Assembly (NCBI GenBank): GCA_964437865.1
Contig: CAYTJG010000001.1
Location: 5,544-69,543 of the forward strand
DNA: 64,000 nucleotides
Source: an uncultured Bifidobacteriaceae bacterium
Lineage (GTDB): Bacteria; Verrucomicrobiota; Verrucomicrobiia; Limisphaerales; UBA11358
Reading direction: 5' to 3'
The notes below the pieces were generated by a model, which saw only the letters and a list, made by a program, of their open reading frames with translations, was not told where the DNA came from and made no database searches. Every line of letters begins with the position of its first letter. Position 1 is the first letter of the stretch. The translations under genes and the position numbers were made by a program. Shown piece after piece: positions 18,097 to 27,054 of this stretch.

Positions 18097-18645
18097 ATGA
18101 GATGTTTTGTCACCGGCGCATCCGGATTCATCGGCTCTCATATTGTGCGGGAATGGTTGGCTCGAGGGCATCAGGTTAAGGGACTTGTCCGCCCCGGCGC
18201 GGACGTGCGCGGTTTGGTGGGCCTGGAATTTGAACGCGTAACCGGCGACATCCTGGATCCCCAGTTGATGAAACGCGAACTCATCGGCTGCGACTGGTGT
18301 TTCCACGTGGCGGCCAGTTACCGGTTGTGGATGCGACATTATGCTCCCAATTGGACCTTGCAGGAAACGTTCGCCGCGCTGGAAAAAATCACGGGGGTGC
18401 CGGCTCCGCGTCACCAGGTGCCTTATTGGCTGGCGTTAATGTGGGCGGGAATCAGCGAAGCCTTTGCCCGCTTCACCGGCAAGGCGCCGCAAGCCATGCT
18501 GGCAGGCGTGCGCATGGCCAGGCATAAAATGTGGTTTGATCCCAACAAAGCAGTCCGGGAACTTGGCTTGCCCCAAACCCCGCCGGAGCAGGCCTTCGCC
18601 GATGCCGTGGCTTGGTTCCGTGCCAACGGCTATGTGCGGCCATAA
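18097..18645 (+). pseudogene. HpnA-like NAD-dependent sugar epimerase/reductase with a large in-frame internal deletion
   Basis: An N-terminal Rossmann 'MRCFVTGASGFIGSHIVREWLARGHQV' runs through 'CFHVAASYRLW'. It then jumps directly to the C-terminal region 'LQETFAALEKITGVPAPRHQVPYW...LAGVRMARHKMWFDPNKAVRELG'. Family members are ~330 aa, whereas this ORF is 182 aa and lacks the catalytic S/YxxxK core. Confidence 0.6.
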
Positions 18646-18697
18646 AATAACGGAAACCCAATCGGAAAATCAGTTAAACGATTTGAATAACTTTAAT

Positions 18698-20152
18698 ATG
18701 AAGCAGACCCTTTACCTTTCCCCGCCCAGTTTTGATGGTTTTGACGGTGGTGCCGGTGCCCGTTACCAGGCGCGGCGGGAAGTGACCAGCTATTGGTATC
18801 CCACCTGGCTGGCACAGCCGGCGGCCATGACGCCCCATTCCCGGTTGCTCGACTGCCCCCCGCACAACATCCACCTTGCCCAGTGCCTGGCCATCGCCAA
18901 AGATTTTGATCTCGTCATCCTCAATACTTCCACGCCGTCATTGAAGAACGACTGCAAGGTGGCGGAAGCCATCAAGGCGCAGAAGCCGGATACCCAGATC
19001 GGTTTTGTCGGCGCCCACACCATGGTGCTGCCCACGGAGACGCTCAAGGCATCGCCCGCCATTGACTGGGTGGGTCGCAAAGAATTTGATTTCACCTGCA
19101 AGGAGGTGGCCGAGGGCCGCGAGTATTCGAGTATCGCCGGCCTGTCCTACAAGAACCGGGAGGGTAAAATCATCCACAATCCCGAACGCGAAATCGTCCA
19201 AGACATGGATGCGCTGCCGTGGGTGGCGGATGTTTACAAGCGAGACCTCCAGATTGATAAATATTTCATCGGCTATTTGCAGCACCCGTATATTTCCATG
19301 TACACGGGTCGCGGTTGTCCCGCGCAATGCAGTTTCTGCCTCTGGCCACAAACCATTGGCGGTCACAAGTACCGCGTGCGTTCGCCGCAAAATGTCGTCG
19401 ACGAAATGGCTCACATGAAGCGCCTGTTTCCGCAGGTGCGGGAGTTCTTCTTTGACGACGACACTTTTACCGCCAATCTGCCGCGTGCCCGCGAGATTGC
19501 AAAGGCATTGGGTAAATTGGGCGTGACCTGGAGTTGCAACAGCCGCGCCAACCTTGATTACGGCACCATCAAACTGTTCAAGGATAACGGTCTGCGCCTC
19601 TTTCTGGTGGGTTATGAGAGCGGCAACGATGAGATTCTCAAGCGCATCAAGAAGGGGGTGACCACCGACGAAATGCGGGCTTTTACCAAGGCCTGCCACC
19701 GAGCCGGCGTGGTGATTCACGGCACCTTTATTCTGGGGCTTCCGGTGGAAACCAAGCAGACCATCGAGCAGACCATCAACTTCGCCAAGGCACTGGACGT
19801 CTTTTCCTTGCAGGTTTCCTTGGCGGCACCGTACCCCGGCACCGAGCTGTATGAGCAGGCCAAACTCAATGGCTGGTTCGTTAAAAAAGACAAGACCGAC
19901 TTGGTGGAAGCCAGTGGCCTGCAACAAAGCACCTTGGAATATCCGGATGCCACCAAGGAAGAAATTTTTGAAGCGGTGGACCGGTTTTACCGTTCTTACT
20001 ATTTCCGGCCAGGCCCGGCTTGGCGCATCTTCAAAACCATGCTGGAAGACAAGCAGGTCTTTATGCGTCGCTGCCGCGAAGCCATGGAATTCTTCACAAG
20101 TCTGTCCCAACGCAAGCAGGATCTGAACAAGGCCCGATCCTCTGGCAATTGA
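18698..20152 (+). CDS. hpnJ: Hopanoid-biosynthesis-associated B12-binding radical SAM protein HpnJ
   Basis: The N-terminus 'MKQTLYLSPPSFDGFDGGAGARYQARREVTSYWYPTWLAQPAAM' is the characteristic HpnJ start as I remember it. A radical SAM 'GRGCPAQCSFCLWP' is also present. The ORF opens at 18464, overlapping hpnA; ATG 18698 fits the family. Confidence 0.75.
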   Translation: MKQTLYLSPPSFDGFDGGAGARYQARREVTSYWYPTWLAQPAAMTPHSRLLDCPPHNIHLAQCLAIAKDFDLVILNTSTPSLKNDCKVAEAIKAQKPDTQIGFVGAHTMVLPTETLKASPAIDWVGRKEFDFTCKEVAEGREYSSIAGLSYKNREGKIIHNPEREIVQDMDALPWVADVYKRDLQIDKYFIGYLQHPYISMYTGRGCPAQCSFCLWPQTIGGHKYRVRSPQNVVDEMAHMKRLFPQVREFFFDDDTFTANLPRAREIAKALGKLGVTWSCNSRANLDYGTIKLFKDNGLRLFLVGYESGNDEILKRIKKGVTTDEMRAFTKACHRAGVVIHGTFILGLPVETKQTIEQTINFAKALDVFSLQVSLAAPYPGTELYEQAKLNGWFVKKDKTDLVEASGLQQSTLEYPDATKEEIFEAVDRFYRSYYFRPGPAWRIFKTMLEDKQVFMRRCREAMEFFTSLSQRKQDLNKARSSGN

Positions 20153-20219
20153 AAGAGGTGAAAGGTGTTTAAATTCTTGGCAGTCAGGCTTGTCCTCGTT
20201 TCCCGGCCTCACATGTTTT

Positions 20220-20645
20220 TTACAGGTCCTCGGTTTCCGAGGCTTGCCCCACCTCGAACCTCTTGCGGGCCATGTCCCCGTCGCGCAAGACTAGTTTCCC
20301 TCCGTGAGCAGTCCAGGCGGGCCGGCAAACCGATAAAAAGCTCAACGAGATTTGTTCGGTGTCGAATTCCGAACCCAAGGCCTCAGGAGATATCCGATGC
20401 CGCATCTGAAACATCCCTCGTTGATTGCTGAACCAACCCAGCAGATTCTTCCAATGGCGTTGGCAACGAGGCAATTCATCGCCCGCGATAAAGGTCATTC
20501 CCGTGGCCAACGGCTCGTTATTTGGACCGTCCATGAGGCGGATCAAGTTTCGAAGAAAATGGGTGGCAATTCCCCGGCCAGAACCTGTCACCCAATTTGC
20601 GATCCCAGTTGCTATCTTTTTTGTTCTCATGGCAGCTTCTGTCAA
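20220..20645 (-). CDS. Hypothetical protein, faint DUF1801/YdhG-like pattern
   Basis: This is the only protein-like reading in the gap. 'IATHFLRNLIRLMDGPNNEPLATGMTFIAGDE' loosely resembles DUF1801 proteins. No strong motif is present. Confidence 0.3.
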   Translation of the reverse strand: MTEAAMRTKKIATGIANWVTGSGRGIATHFLRNLIRLMDGPNNEPLATGMTFIAGDELPRCQRHWKNLLGWFSNQRGMFQMRHRISPEALGSEFDTEQISLSFLSVCRPAWTAHGGKLVLRDGDMARKRFEVGQASETEDL

Positions 20646-20800
20646 TCCGATGCATTACAGATTTCATGCCAGCCAGCGAAAAGTACGCATTTAGCTATTC
20701 ATCAACGAATTGCAAAACTTCTTACGGTCTGTTCAGAACGTCGAAATCTCGACTGTCACGAGAATTCGTGAAGTGACTTAAGGCGTCGGCCGGGTATTTT

Positions 20801-21306
20801 TTGACAAAATCATGGCTCGCAGGAATGAATCTGCCGCCGGATTACCATCCTGAATTCGGTTCCATCATCGATGCGCTGGTGGAGGTCGCGCATATCGGTT
20901 CGGTAGATGCGCTCTTGCGGCGCATGATGGCCGGCCTAGAGGAACGGCCTCACGTGGCGGCCGCCCGGCTTTGGCTGATCGACCAATGCGACCAACACAA
21001 GCTGTGCGTCCTGCAGCCGGAATGTGCCAAGCGGGATACAGGAACATCTTTTCCGTGACCGTGGCTCCGCTACGCGAACGCAAGGACGATATTCCCCTGC
21101 TGGCGTCGTACTTCCTGGAGCAATCCGCCAAACGCCTGAAGCTGCGTTTGCCGCGATTGAAGCGGGCTCACAGTGTCCACCTGCAAAGTTGTGCTTGGCC
21201 GGGCAATGTGCGCGAACTTCAAAGCGTCATTGAGCGCGCCACCATCTTGGCCACTCGAATAAAAAAGTACCGGATCAGGAAACCGCACGCGTCAGGCAGC
21301 TTCTAG
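20801..21306 (+). pseudogene. Remnant of a sigma-54 activator paralog (GAF start fused out of frame to the AAA+ lid; core deleted)
   Basis: ORF 20801-21058 ('LLRRMMAGLEERPHVAAARLWLIDQCDQHKLCVLQPEC') parallels the N-terminus of the intact activator at 5301-6968 ('LLKKFVHNAMTLNQLDMACFQIWLIDKGDLCPVCPQRSKC'). ORF 20971-21306 ('VAPLRERKDDIPLLASYFLEQSAKRLKLRLPRLKRAHSVHLQSCAWPGNVRELQSVIERATILA') parallels its 'LKERKDDIPLLAKHFVEQSAKELKCPKPRL...WPGNIRELRNVIERAVILA'. Walker A/B, GAFTGA and the HTH are all missing. The junction lies at ~21040. Confidence 0.7.
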
Positions 21307-21458
21307 TTGAAGCGTTTGACTTGGCCACAACGCGGATTCCAACAACTTAACGTTGGTTGACGATTTTTCGTGAAGCACGATATTTTGCGATGTCCACTGG
21401 GGCCGCTGATTTTTTCTATCTCATTATTGTAACGCTTGTTACGGCATTTGCTCCGGTG

Positions 21459-21474
21459 TGGCACACTCCATGCT
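21459..21474 (+). promoter_or_regulatory. Candidate sigma-54 (-24/-12) promoter upstream of the AhpD-like gene
   Basis: 'TGGCACactccATGCT' has a perfect -24 box, exact GG-N10-GC spacing and a -12 element of ATGC versus TTGC. It lies ~40 bp upstream of ATG 21515 and ~150 bp downstream of the dead activator remnant. Confidence 0.45.
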
Positions 21475-21514
21475 TAGTTACTTTCACACATACCGACAGT
21501 TGGCCGAACGAGTA

Positions 21515-22159
21515 ATGACAACAATGAAAACAGCACCACCATTAATCCCCCCTCGGGAGGATGCGTTTTTTCGCAAATTAGAGTCCGGCGCCGACGGAAG
21601 GGACAACGGCAAGATCACCAATTTGGTTAGGGTTCTCGCCCAATCGCCGGTCACGCTGAAGGCTTGTCTGGATTTCAATAAAACCCTCGAGCACGGATTG
21701 CTCACGCCCAAAAAACGAGAGCAGATCGCCCTGTTGATGGCCGAAGTCAACCGCTGCCGTTACAGCCTCTCCATGCATTGTGATCGCAGTCGAGAGATGG
21801 GCCTGACCGACGAAGAAATCGAATCAGCCCGCAAGGCACGGGCCGCCGACCCGTCAACCGCCGTCCTGCTTCGTTTCGTGTTGCACTTTGTTCTGGAGCG
21901 GGGCGCGGTTGGCGCCCAAGCATTTGAATCATTAAGAACCGCCGGCTTTTCCGACGCACACATTGTGGAGATTATCGCCAACATGGCGCAGAACATCTTC
22001 GAAAATTATTTCAACATTGGAATCGCGACGCCGATTGATTTTCCGCTGGTCACACCGGGTGTGATCGCCTCGTCGCCAGTGGCTTCAGGCGGTTCAACCA
22101 GTCCGGCCCCACGCCATAGACAGCAACGGCGCAGTCGTTCCATTTCCGGGCGCTTTTGA
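21515..22159 (+). CDS. Carboxymuconolactone decarboxylase / AhpD-like family protein (CxxS variant)
   Basis: 'LTPKKREQIALLMAEVNRCRYSLSMH' (CMD core motif with the second Cys replaced by Ser), 'GLTDEEIESAR' and 'GFSDAHIVEIIANMAQNIFENYFN'. The ORF opens at 21458, inside the putative promoter. Confidence 0.75.
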   Translation: MTTMKTAPPLIPPREDAFFRKLESGADGRDNGKITNLVRVLAQSPVTLKACLDFNKTLEHGLLTPKKREQIALLMAEVNRCRYSLSMHCDRSREMGLTDEEIESARKARAADPSTAVLLRFVLHFVLERGAVGAQAFESLRTAGFSDAHIVEIIANMAQNIFENYFNIGIATPIDFPLVTPGVIASSPVASGGSTSPAPRHRQQRRSRSISGRF

Positions 22160-22190
22160 TGAAACACTGCATGCAAAATGGAGTCATACC

Positions 22191-22568
22191 ATGGCACATT
22201 TCATAAATCCTATTAATGAGGGACAATGCCTGGCCCTCACCTATACCGGGGAATTGGCACCGCTTGAAGTCGTCGCCGCCCGTTACGCGATCACTGAAAT
22301 GTTGGAGACCAAACACTGGAATCGCTTGATGATGGATGTGACGTCGCTGTCAGCCACCCAAACCGCGTTGGTGTTGTTTGATCTGGCTGGCGGCGCGTTC
22401 GCGGGGGTTCCGCATAACACGCGCATCGCCATCGTCGTTCAACCGGAAGAGGTGCGGCGCGCCCGCATCCTTGAGACCCCACCCCAAGAAAAGGGGGTGG
22501 CGATTGCCATTTTCAAAGATGCTTCAAATGCCACTCGTTGGCTCCAGACAAACACCTCCAAGGTTTGA
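22191..22568 (+). CDS. Hypothetical 125-aa protein (possibly a STAS/SpoIIAA-like fold)
   Basis: A compact ORF with a balanced composition, 32 bp after the AhpD-like gene. No diagnostic motif was recognised. Confidence 0.4.
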   Translation: MAHFINPINEGQCLALTYTGELAPLEVVAARYAITEMLETKHWNRLMMDVTSLSATQTALVLFDLAGGAFAGVPHNTRIAIVVQPEEVRRARILETPPQEKGVAIAIFKDASNATRWLQTNTSKV

Positions 22569-22814
22569 AATGAAAGCAACGTTCCAAATCGCGGTCAGCC
22601 ATTGGCACGTTGGGCAATTCAGAGAGCGGCTCGGTCAAGAGCCATCCATCCCTTTTGGGAGCGCACGGATCCCCGGACGCTTAACATTCGCGCACTTCCG
22701 CGCCGTGGGGCCGGTTTTCCCCGCCGCCGGTTGTGTTGCTCGCCCCAACCGTGTCCACCGTGCGCTTCCTGTTTGTTTTCCGCCCCGCGAGGGCGGATAG
22801 AAAAAGACACCACC

Positions 22815-23021
22815 ATGAAAACTCGAACACGAAAAGGCAATGCCGTGCCGGCAGACACCCAAGAACACTCCACTCCCCACCTGGTCACGCGCCAACAAAT
22901 CGAGCGGCGGGCTCACGAAATATGGATCGCTCGCGGAGGCTCACCCGGCCGGGAATTGGATGACTGGCTCCAAGCTGAACAGGAACTCAAAACCGCCGTT
23001 AATCCCACCGCCACGATCTGA
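22815..23021 (+). CDS. DUF2934-family small protein (second copy in the window)
   Basis: 'RQQIERRAHEIWIARGGSPGRELDDWLQAEQELK' is a near-consensus DUF2934 motif. The ORF opens at 22602, but only the ATG at 22815 precedes protein-like sequence. Confidence 0.65.
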   Translation: MKTRTRKGNAVPADTQEHSTPHLVTRQQIERRAHEIWIARGGSPGRELDDWLQAEQELKTAVNPTATI

Positions 23022-23350
23022 CCAGACAAACGTTCATCCGACGATGAGGTGACCATCGGGACTCAACCTGCGTTTGCCGGTCGCCGACTCCCGCGCCCTT
23101 GGGAAAAGTGCGGACATGGTACCTGAAAGAATGACCAGTTTGCTTACAACAATGCTGACCGCCGGCATCCTCATCTTCGCCTGGTTGTGGCACGATCAAC
23201 CCGCCGTGCAGTCCAAATCGGAATCCCAGCCGCGCTCACACGAACCCCTTGGGCATTCTCCTCCGCCCCGCCCCGTCGCCTATGAGGCCCCCTAGATCAC
23301 GCAAAACTCGTCGCTACGTGGACAGGGTGTGCGTTGGTTGGCGCCGAAGC

Positions 23351-25492
23351 ATGATCAGCATCACAATATCCATCATCTGGGTGGCGCTGGTCTTCCGGAT
23401 CGGGCAGCAACTGTCCGCCCAGGATTATGGAATGCCGTCGGAAACACAAATTGCCGCCGCCAGCGCAACGATTCTGGATCAGGTGCATTTTCCCTCCCGC
23501 CCGCCCGAAGAATTATTGTCCCGTCAGTTTTTCGATAATTATCTCGAAGCGCTCGACGGTTCGCATCTGCTATTCCTTCAGTCCGACATTGACGAATTCG
23601 CTTGGTTCCGGCCTACGATGGCTCGTGAGGTTCGGTCGAAGGGCTACACCTGGCCCGCCCAGTTGATCTATCGGGTTGGCATGTTGAGGCTCGTTGAGAA
23701 ATTCCATTTTCAAACCAACTATTTGCAAACCACACAATTCGATTTCGCGGGGCCGGAATTATGGCAAACCCAACGCCACCGGACGCCGTATCCGTCCGAT
23801 TTACGAGCCTCCAGCGCGCTCTGGCAACAGGAGACACGAGCGGATTACCTGCAACAGAAGCTGATCGGATTGCCGCCTCCGCAAATCGTTACGCTGTTAA
23901 CAGCGCGTTACCGATATAAGTTGGAGGGTATGCGGCAGCTTGGTTCGGAAGAATTGTTGTCCCTCTACCTTGACGCCTTGGCCCGGGCGTACGATCCAGA
24001 TTCATCCTATTTGACCACCAAGAAAGCTGACGAGTTTAGGAACACCTTGGCCTTGACTGTGGCCGGCATCGGTGGTTCGCTGGTTTCAAAAGGCGGCTAT
24101 TGGGCCATTGGCGATCTCCAGCCAGGCGGTCCGGCCGCATGCAGCGGGTTACTTCATCCCGGCGACCGCATTCTAGCTGTTGCCGAAGGCAACGGTGAGG
24201 CGGAGGATGTGAACGAGATGCCATCCTGGCGTTTGGTCGACCTCATCCGGGGCCCCAAGGGCACGACCGTGAAGCTAACGGTTCTCCCCGCCGGCCAGGA
24301 CATCCGGGCCGTTAGCACGGTGTCGCTGGTGCGTGACAACTTGGAGTGGTCCGCAGGTCAGCCCAGTGCTGTCATAGCCGAACTGTCACGGACCAGCCGT
24401 GAAAGGGACACAATAGGAATCGTCCGCCTGCCCCTGTTTTACCAGCAAAGCGGTCCCAATGCCGTCACTGGCACATCAGCCGACGTAGCGCGGCTGATTG
24501 AGGTGCTAAAAACTGAGAACATCAAAGGGTTGATATTGGATCTGAGGGGGAATCCCGGCGGATCGGTGGCTGAAGCCATTAGCGTGATTGGATTGTTTAT
24601 CCCGTCCAGCACCGTCTTAGAGACCTGTGCTGGAACCGGTCTGGTGGAAATTCAGCGATCGCCGAGCATCCGTGCCTTATACGACGGGCCGCTGGTGGTG
24701 CTAACCAGCCGCGCCAGCGCTTCATCGGCGGAAATCGTGGCGGGCGCGCTGCAAGATTACGGGAAAGCGTTGATTGTCGGCGATTCCTCCACCTATGGCA
24801 AAGGAACCGTTCAAACTCTCGTGCCAGTGAGCCAATTGCTCCACGGCCCCGGCGGCGGCACAGTAAAAGTGACCATCGCCAAGCTCTATCGACCGGGCGG
24901 TGCGGCCACCCAGCTGCGAGGTGTCGTTCCGGACATTATCCTGCCTTCAGAAACGGATCGACCGGATATTGGAGAAGCGCAATCACCCAACGCCCTGCCT
25001 TGGGATAGTGTGTCTCCTGAGATTTCCTCCCATGTCGATTGCCTCCACAAAATACTCCCGGAATTGCGCCGCTTGTCGCAGGCTCGCGTAAATCGCAACG
25101 CAGGATTCCGGCTGGTGCATGAAATCGTGGGCGCGGAAATGGCGCAGACCAACGGCGTTTCTTTGAACGAATCCCGTCGCTGGGATGAACGCGCCAAGGC
25201 GGACCACCTGATTGAAGAGGAAAAACGGGTATGGCAGGATTGCCTCGCTCGTTCGCCGCGCACCTGGAACGTCACTCTCACCAATGTGGTCGGCGCTGCG
25301 GAGCCACCGGCCAAAGAAATCCAGATGGGGGGCAACATCGAGGACAACGATTTCGTGCTGTTGGAAACCGAAAGAATCCTGGCGGATTACCTTTGTCTTC
25401 TCCCGGCGGCCTCAAAACCAGCTACTGATCACGCCCCTCACCAGCCCCCCTTGGCTTTGGTGCCAAACGGCCGCCACGCCAATCTTCGATAA
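23351..25492 (+). CDS. S41-family C-terminal processing (tail-specific) protease
   Basis: PDZ region 'GDRILAVAEGNGEAEDV', 'LILDLRGNPGGSVAEA', catalytic Ser region 'LTSRASASSAEIVAGALQDY' and Lys region 'GDSSTYGKGTVQ'. ATG 23351 precedes a TM/signal segment 'ISITISIIWVALVF'. Confidence 0.85.
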   Translation: MISITISIIWVALVFRIGQQLSAQDYGMPSETQIAAASATILDQVHFPSRPPEELLSRQFFDNYLEALDGSHLLFLQSDIDEFAWFRPTMAREVRSKGYTWPAQLIYRVGMLRLVEKFHFQTNYLQTTQFDFAGPELWQTQRHRTPYPSDLRASSALWQQETRADYLQQKLIGLPPPQIVTLLTARYRYKLEGMRQLGSEELLSLYLDALARAYDPDSSYLTTKKADEFRNTLALTVAGIGGSLVSKGGYWAIGDLQPGGPAACSGLLHPGDRILAVAEGNGEAEDVNEMPSWRLVDLIRGPKGTTVKLTVLPAGQDIRAVSTVSLVRDNLEWSAGQPSAVIAELSRTSRERDTIGIVRLPLFYQQSGPNAVTGTSADVARLIEVLKTENIKGLILDLRGNPGGSVAEAISVIGLFIPSSTVLETCAGTGLVEIQRSPSIRALYDGPLVVLTSRASASSAEIVAGALQDYGKALIVGDSSTYGKGTVQTLVPVSQLLHGPGGGTVKVTIAKLYRPGGAATQLRGVVPDIILPSETDRPDIGEAQSPNALPWDSVSPEISSHVDCLHKILPELRRLSQARVNRNAGFRLVHEIVGAEMAQTNGVSLNESRRWDERAKADHLIEEEKRVWQDCLARSPRTWNVTLTNVVGAAEPPAKEIQMGGNIEDNDFVLLETERILADYLCLLPAASKPATDHAPHQPPLALVPNGRHANLR

Positions 25493-25642
25493 ATGCTCTT
25501 GCTCATTATGAACGTAACGACAGCTTGGAAAACCCGCGGACAGGCAAATCGATGTCAAGGCGATGAAACATACCTGCTCCACGAACGGCATCAAGCGAAT
25601 CCCGGCCGATCGGCCGAGCTCGCCTGTTCCGTCAGGCCGTTA

Positions 25643-26593
25643 ATGATTCGGACGGAATCGGGACCGCGACCTGAAGTTCAGGCCCCTCCACAAGCAAGTC
25701 TGAGACAACCAAATGTCTGTCCCCAAATTCCCGCGCTGGCGGTTGGCGAAAGCGATCCTTCCGAGGCCCGTTACGACACCTGCATGACCCTTTATCTGCG
25801 GGACATTGGCCGAATCAAACTCCTCACACCACAGGAAGAAGTCGAACTGGCCGCCCGCGTCAAAGCCGGCGACGCGGAAGCCCGCGACCAGATGATAAAA
25901 GCCAACCTGCGATTGGTGGTCACGATTGCCCGGCACTATCAAGGCCTCGGCGTTCCTTTGCTGGACCTCATCAGCGAGGGAAACATCGGTCTCGTGCGGG
26001 CCGTTGAACGGTTCGATCCCCGCAAAGGGGCCAAGCTCTCCACTTATGGCGCCCCATGGATCAAGCAGGCGATCATCCAAGCCCTGGCGTCGCAATCCCG
26101 GGTTACCCGCCTGCCCATGCATATGGTGGACAAGCTCGCCAAACTGCGTCGCGTCGCCGCGCAACTGGAGGCCGATTTGAACCGGGAACCCACGGACGAG
26201 GAATTGGCCGCTGAACTCGCCACCACTGCGACCCGGGTTGCGCAATGGCGTAGCACGGCCATGCGGCCCGTCCCACTCGATGCCTCTGTAGATGATTCGG
26301 ACTCCCGCACCTACGCCGAAACCATTCCGGACGAAAAGGTGGAGTTGCCCGACAAGAAATTTGCGGACAAGACATTTTGGACAATGACGCAAAACCTGAT
26401 GGAAACGCTGACCTGGCAGGAACGGTCAGTTTTGCAGTGGCGTTACGGCCTGGACGGGCACGAACCCAAGAATCTCGAAAAAACCGGGATTGAGCTGAAG
26501 CTCACGGACGAACGCGTTCGGCAGATCCAGAACCTCGCGCTGCTTAAGCTCCGTCGCCGGATTAAAAAACTGGATCAACCCTCTTTGAAATGA
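25643..26593 (+). CDS. Sigma-70 family RNA polymerase sigma factor (RpoD/RpoS-like, no region 1.1)
   Basis: Region 1.2/2 'LYLRDIGRIKLLTPQEEVELA', 'ANLRLVVTIARHY', 'LDLISEGNIGLVRAVERFDPRKGAKLSTYGAPWIKQAI'. Region 4.2 'LEKTGIELKLTDERVRQIQNLALLKLR'. The start is ambiguous (25493, 25643 or 25784). Confidence 0.85.
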   Translation: MIRTESGPRPEVQAPPQASLRQPNVCPQIPALAVGESDPSEARYDTCMTLYLRDIGRIKLLTPQEEVELAARVKAGDAEARDQMIKANLRLVVTIARHYQGLGVPLLDLISEGNIGLVRAVERFDPRKGAKLSTYGAPWIKQAIIQALASQSRVTRLPMHMVDKLAKLRRVAAQLEADLNREPTDEELAAELATTATRVAQWRSTAMRPVPLDASVDDSDSRTYAETIPDEKVELPDKKFADKTFWTMTQNLMETLTWQERSVLQWRYGLDGHEPKNLEKTGIELKLTDERVRQIQNLALLKLRRRIKKLDQPSLK

Positions 26594-27054
26594 TGTGGAC
26601 GCCAAAACAAACACGCCAGATAACGCCGAGCTAGCCCATGTTTTACCCGACCAATCCAGCAGGGATAGGAAACTGTGTGCCGCTTTGCGACGGGCGAAGG
26701 CAAACTGACATTGGGTTAATGACTCTGTGCACGATAATTGCCACGTGGCAGAGTTGGGACGGTTGCCGGTAGGCTATTGCGTCCGGGCGGGCTTGGGCAT
26801 GGCGGTTCCGGGCGGGTTCCTGTGGGAAGTGTTAGCGCAAGGTGACGCAATGCTAGCCTATCGGACAGCCTATCGGATGGCGCAAAGCGGCAAGGTGGCT
26901 AGTCATTCCACTATTCAAACCACCGACGCAGCCAGTGCGGTAACCCTCAAAGCAACCGCAACCAAAGAATCAACCCGCTACCACGAATAAGACTATAATG
27001 GAGCCACTATTAGCGGAGCCACCAACGACCTGGCGGAAGCTGAGCATTGAAAGG

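Noticed and set aside
18464-18697. An N-terminal extension of the hpnJ ORF overlapping the hpnA-like gene.
   Set aside because: The HpnJ family begins at 'MK..L.L.PPSF.GFDGGAG', which corresponds to ATG 18698. The upstream 78 codons are the out-of-frame shadow of the hpnA-like coding sequence.
22592-22612. A 'TTGGCACGTTGGGCAAT' sigma-54-like sequence.
   Set aside because: TGGCAC is present, but the following GC dinucleotide is two bases too close (GG-N8-GC instead of GG-N10-GC), so it does not fit the -24/-12 geometry.
26727-26990. An 87-aa ORF in the 460-bp gap between the sigma factor and AraC genes.
   Set aside because: It has no motif, no convincing start context and an odd composition. 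I also looked here for tmRNA, RNase P or SRP-like conserved strings and found none. The gap is left unannotated.
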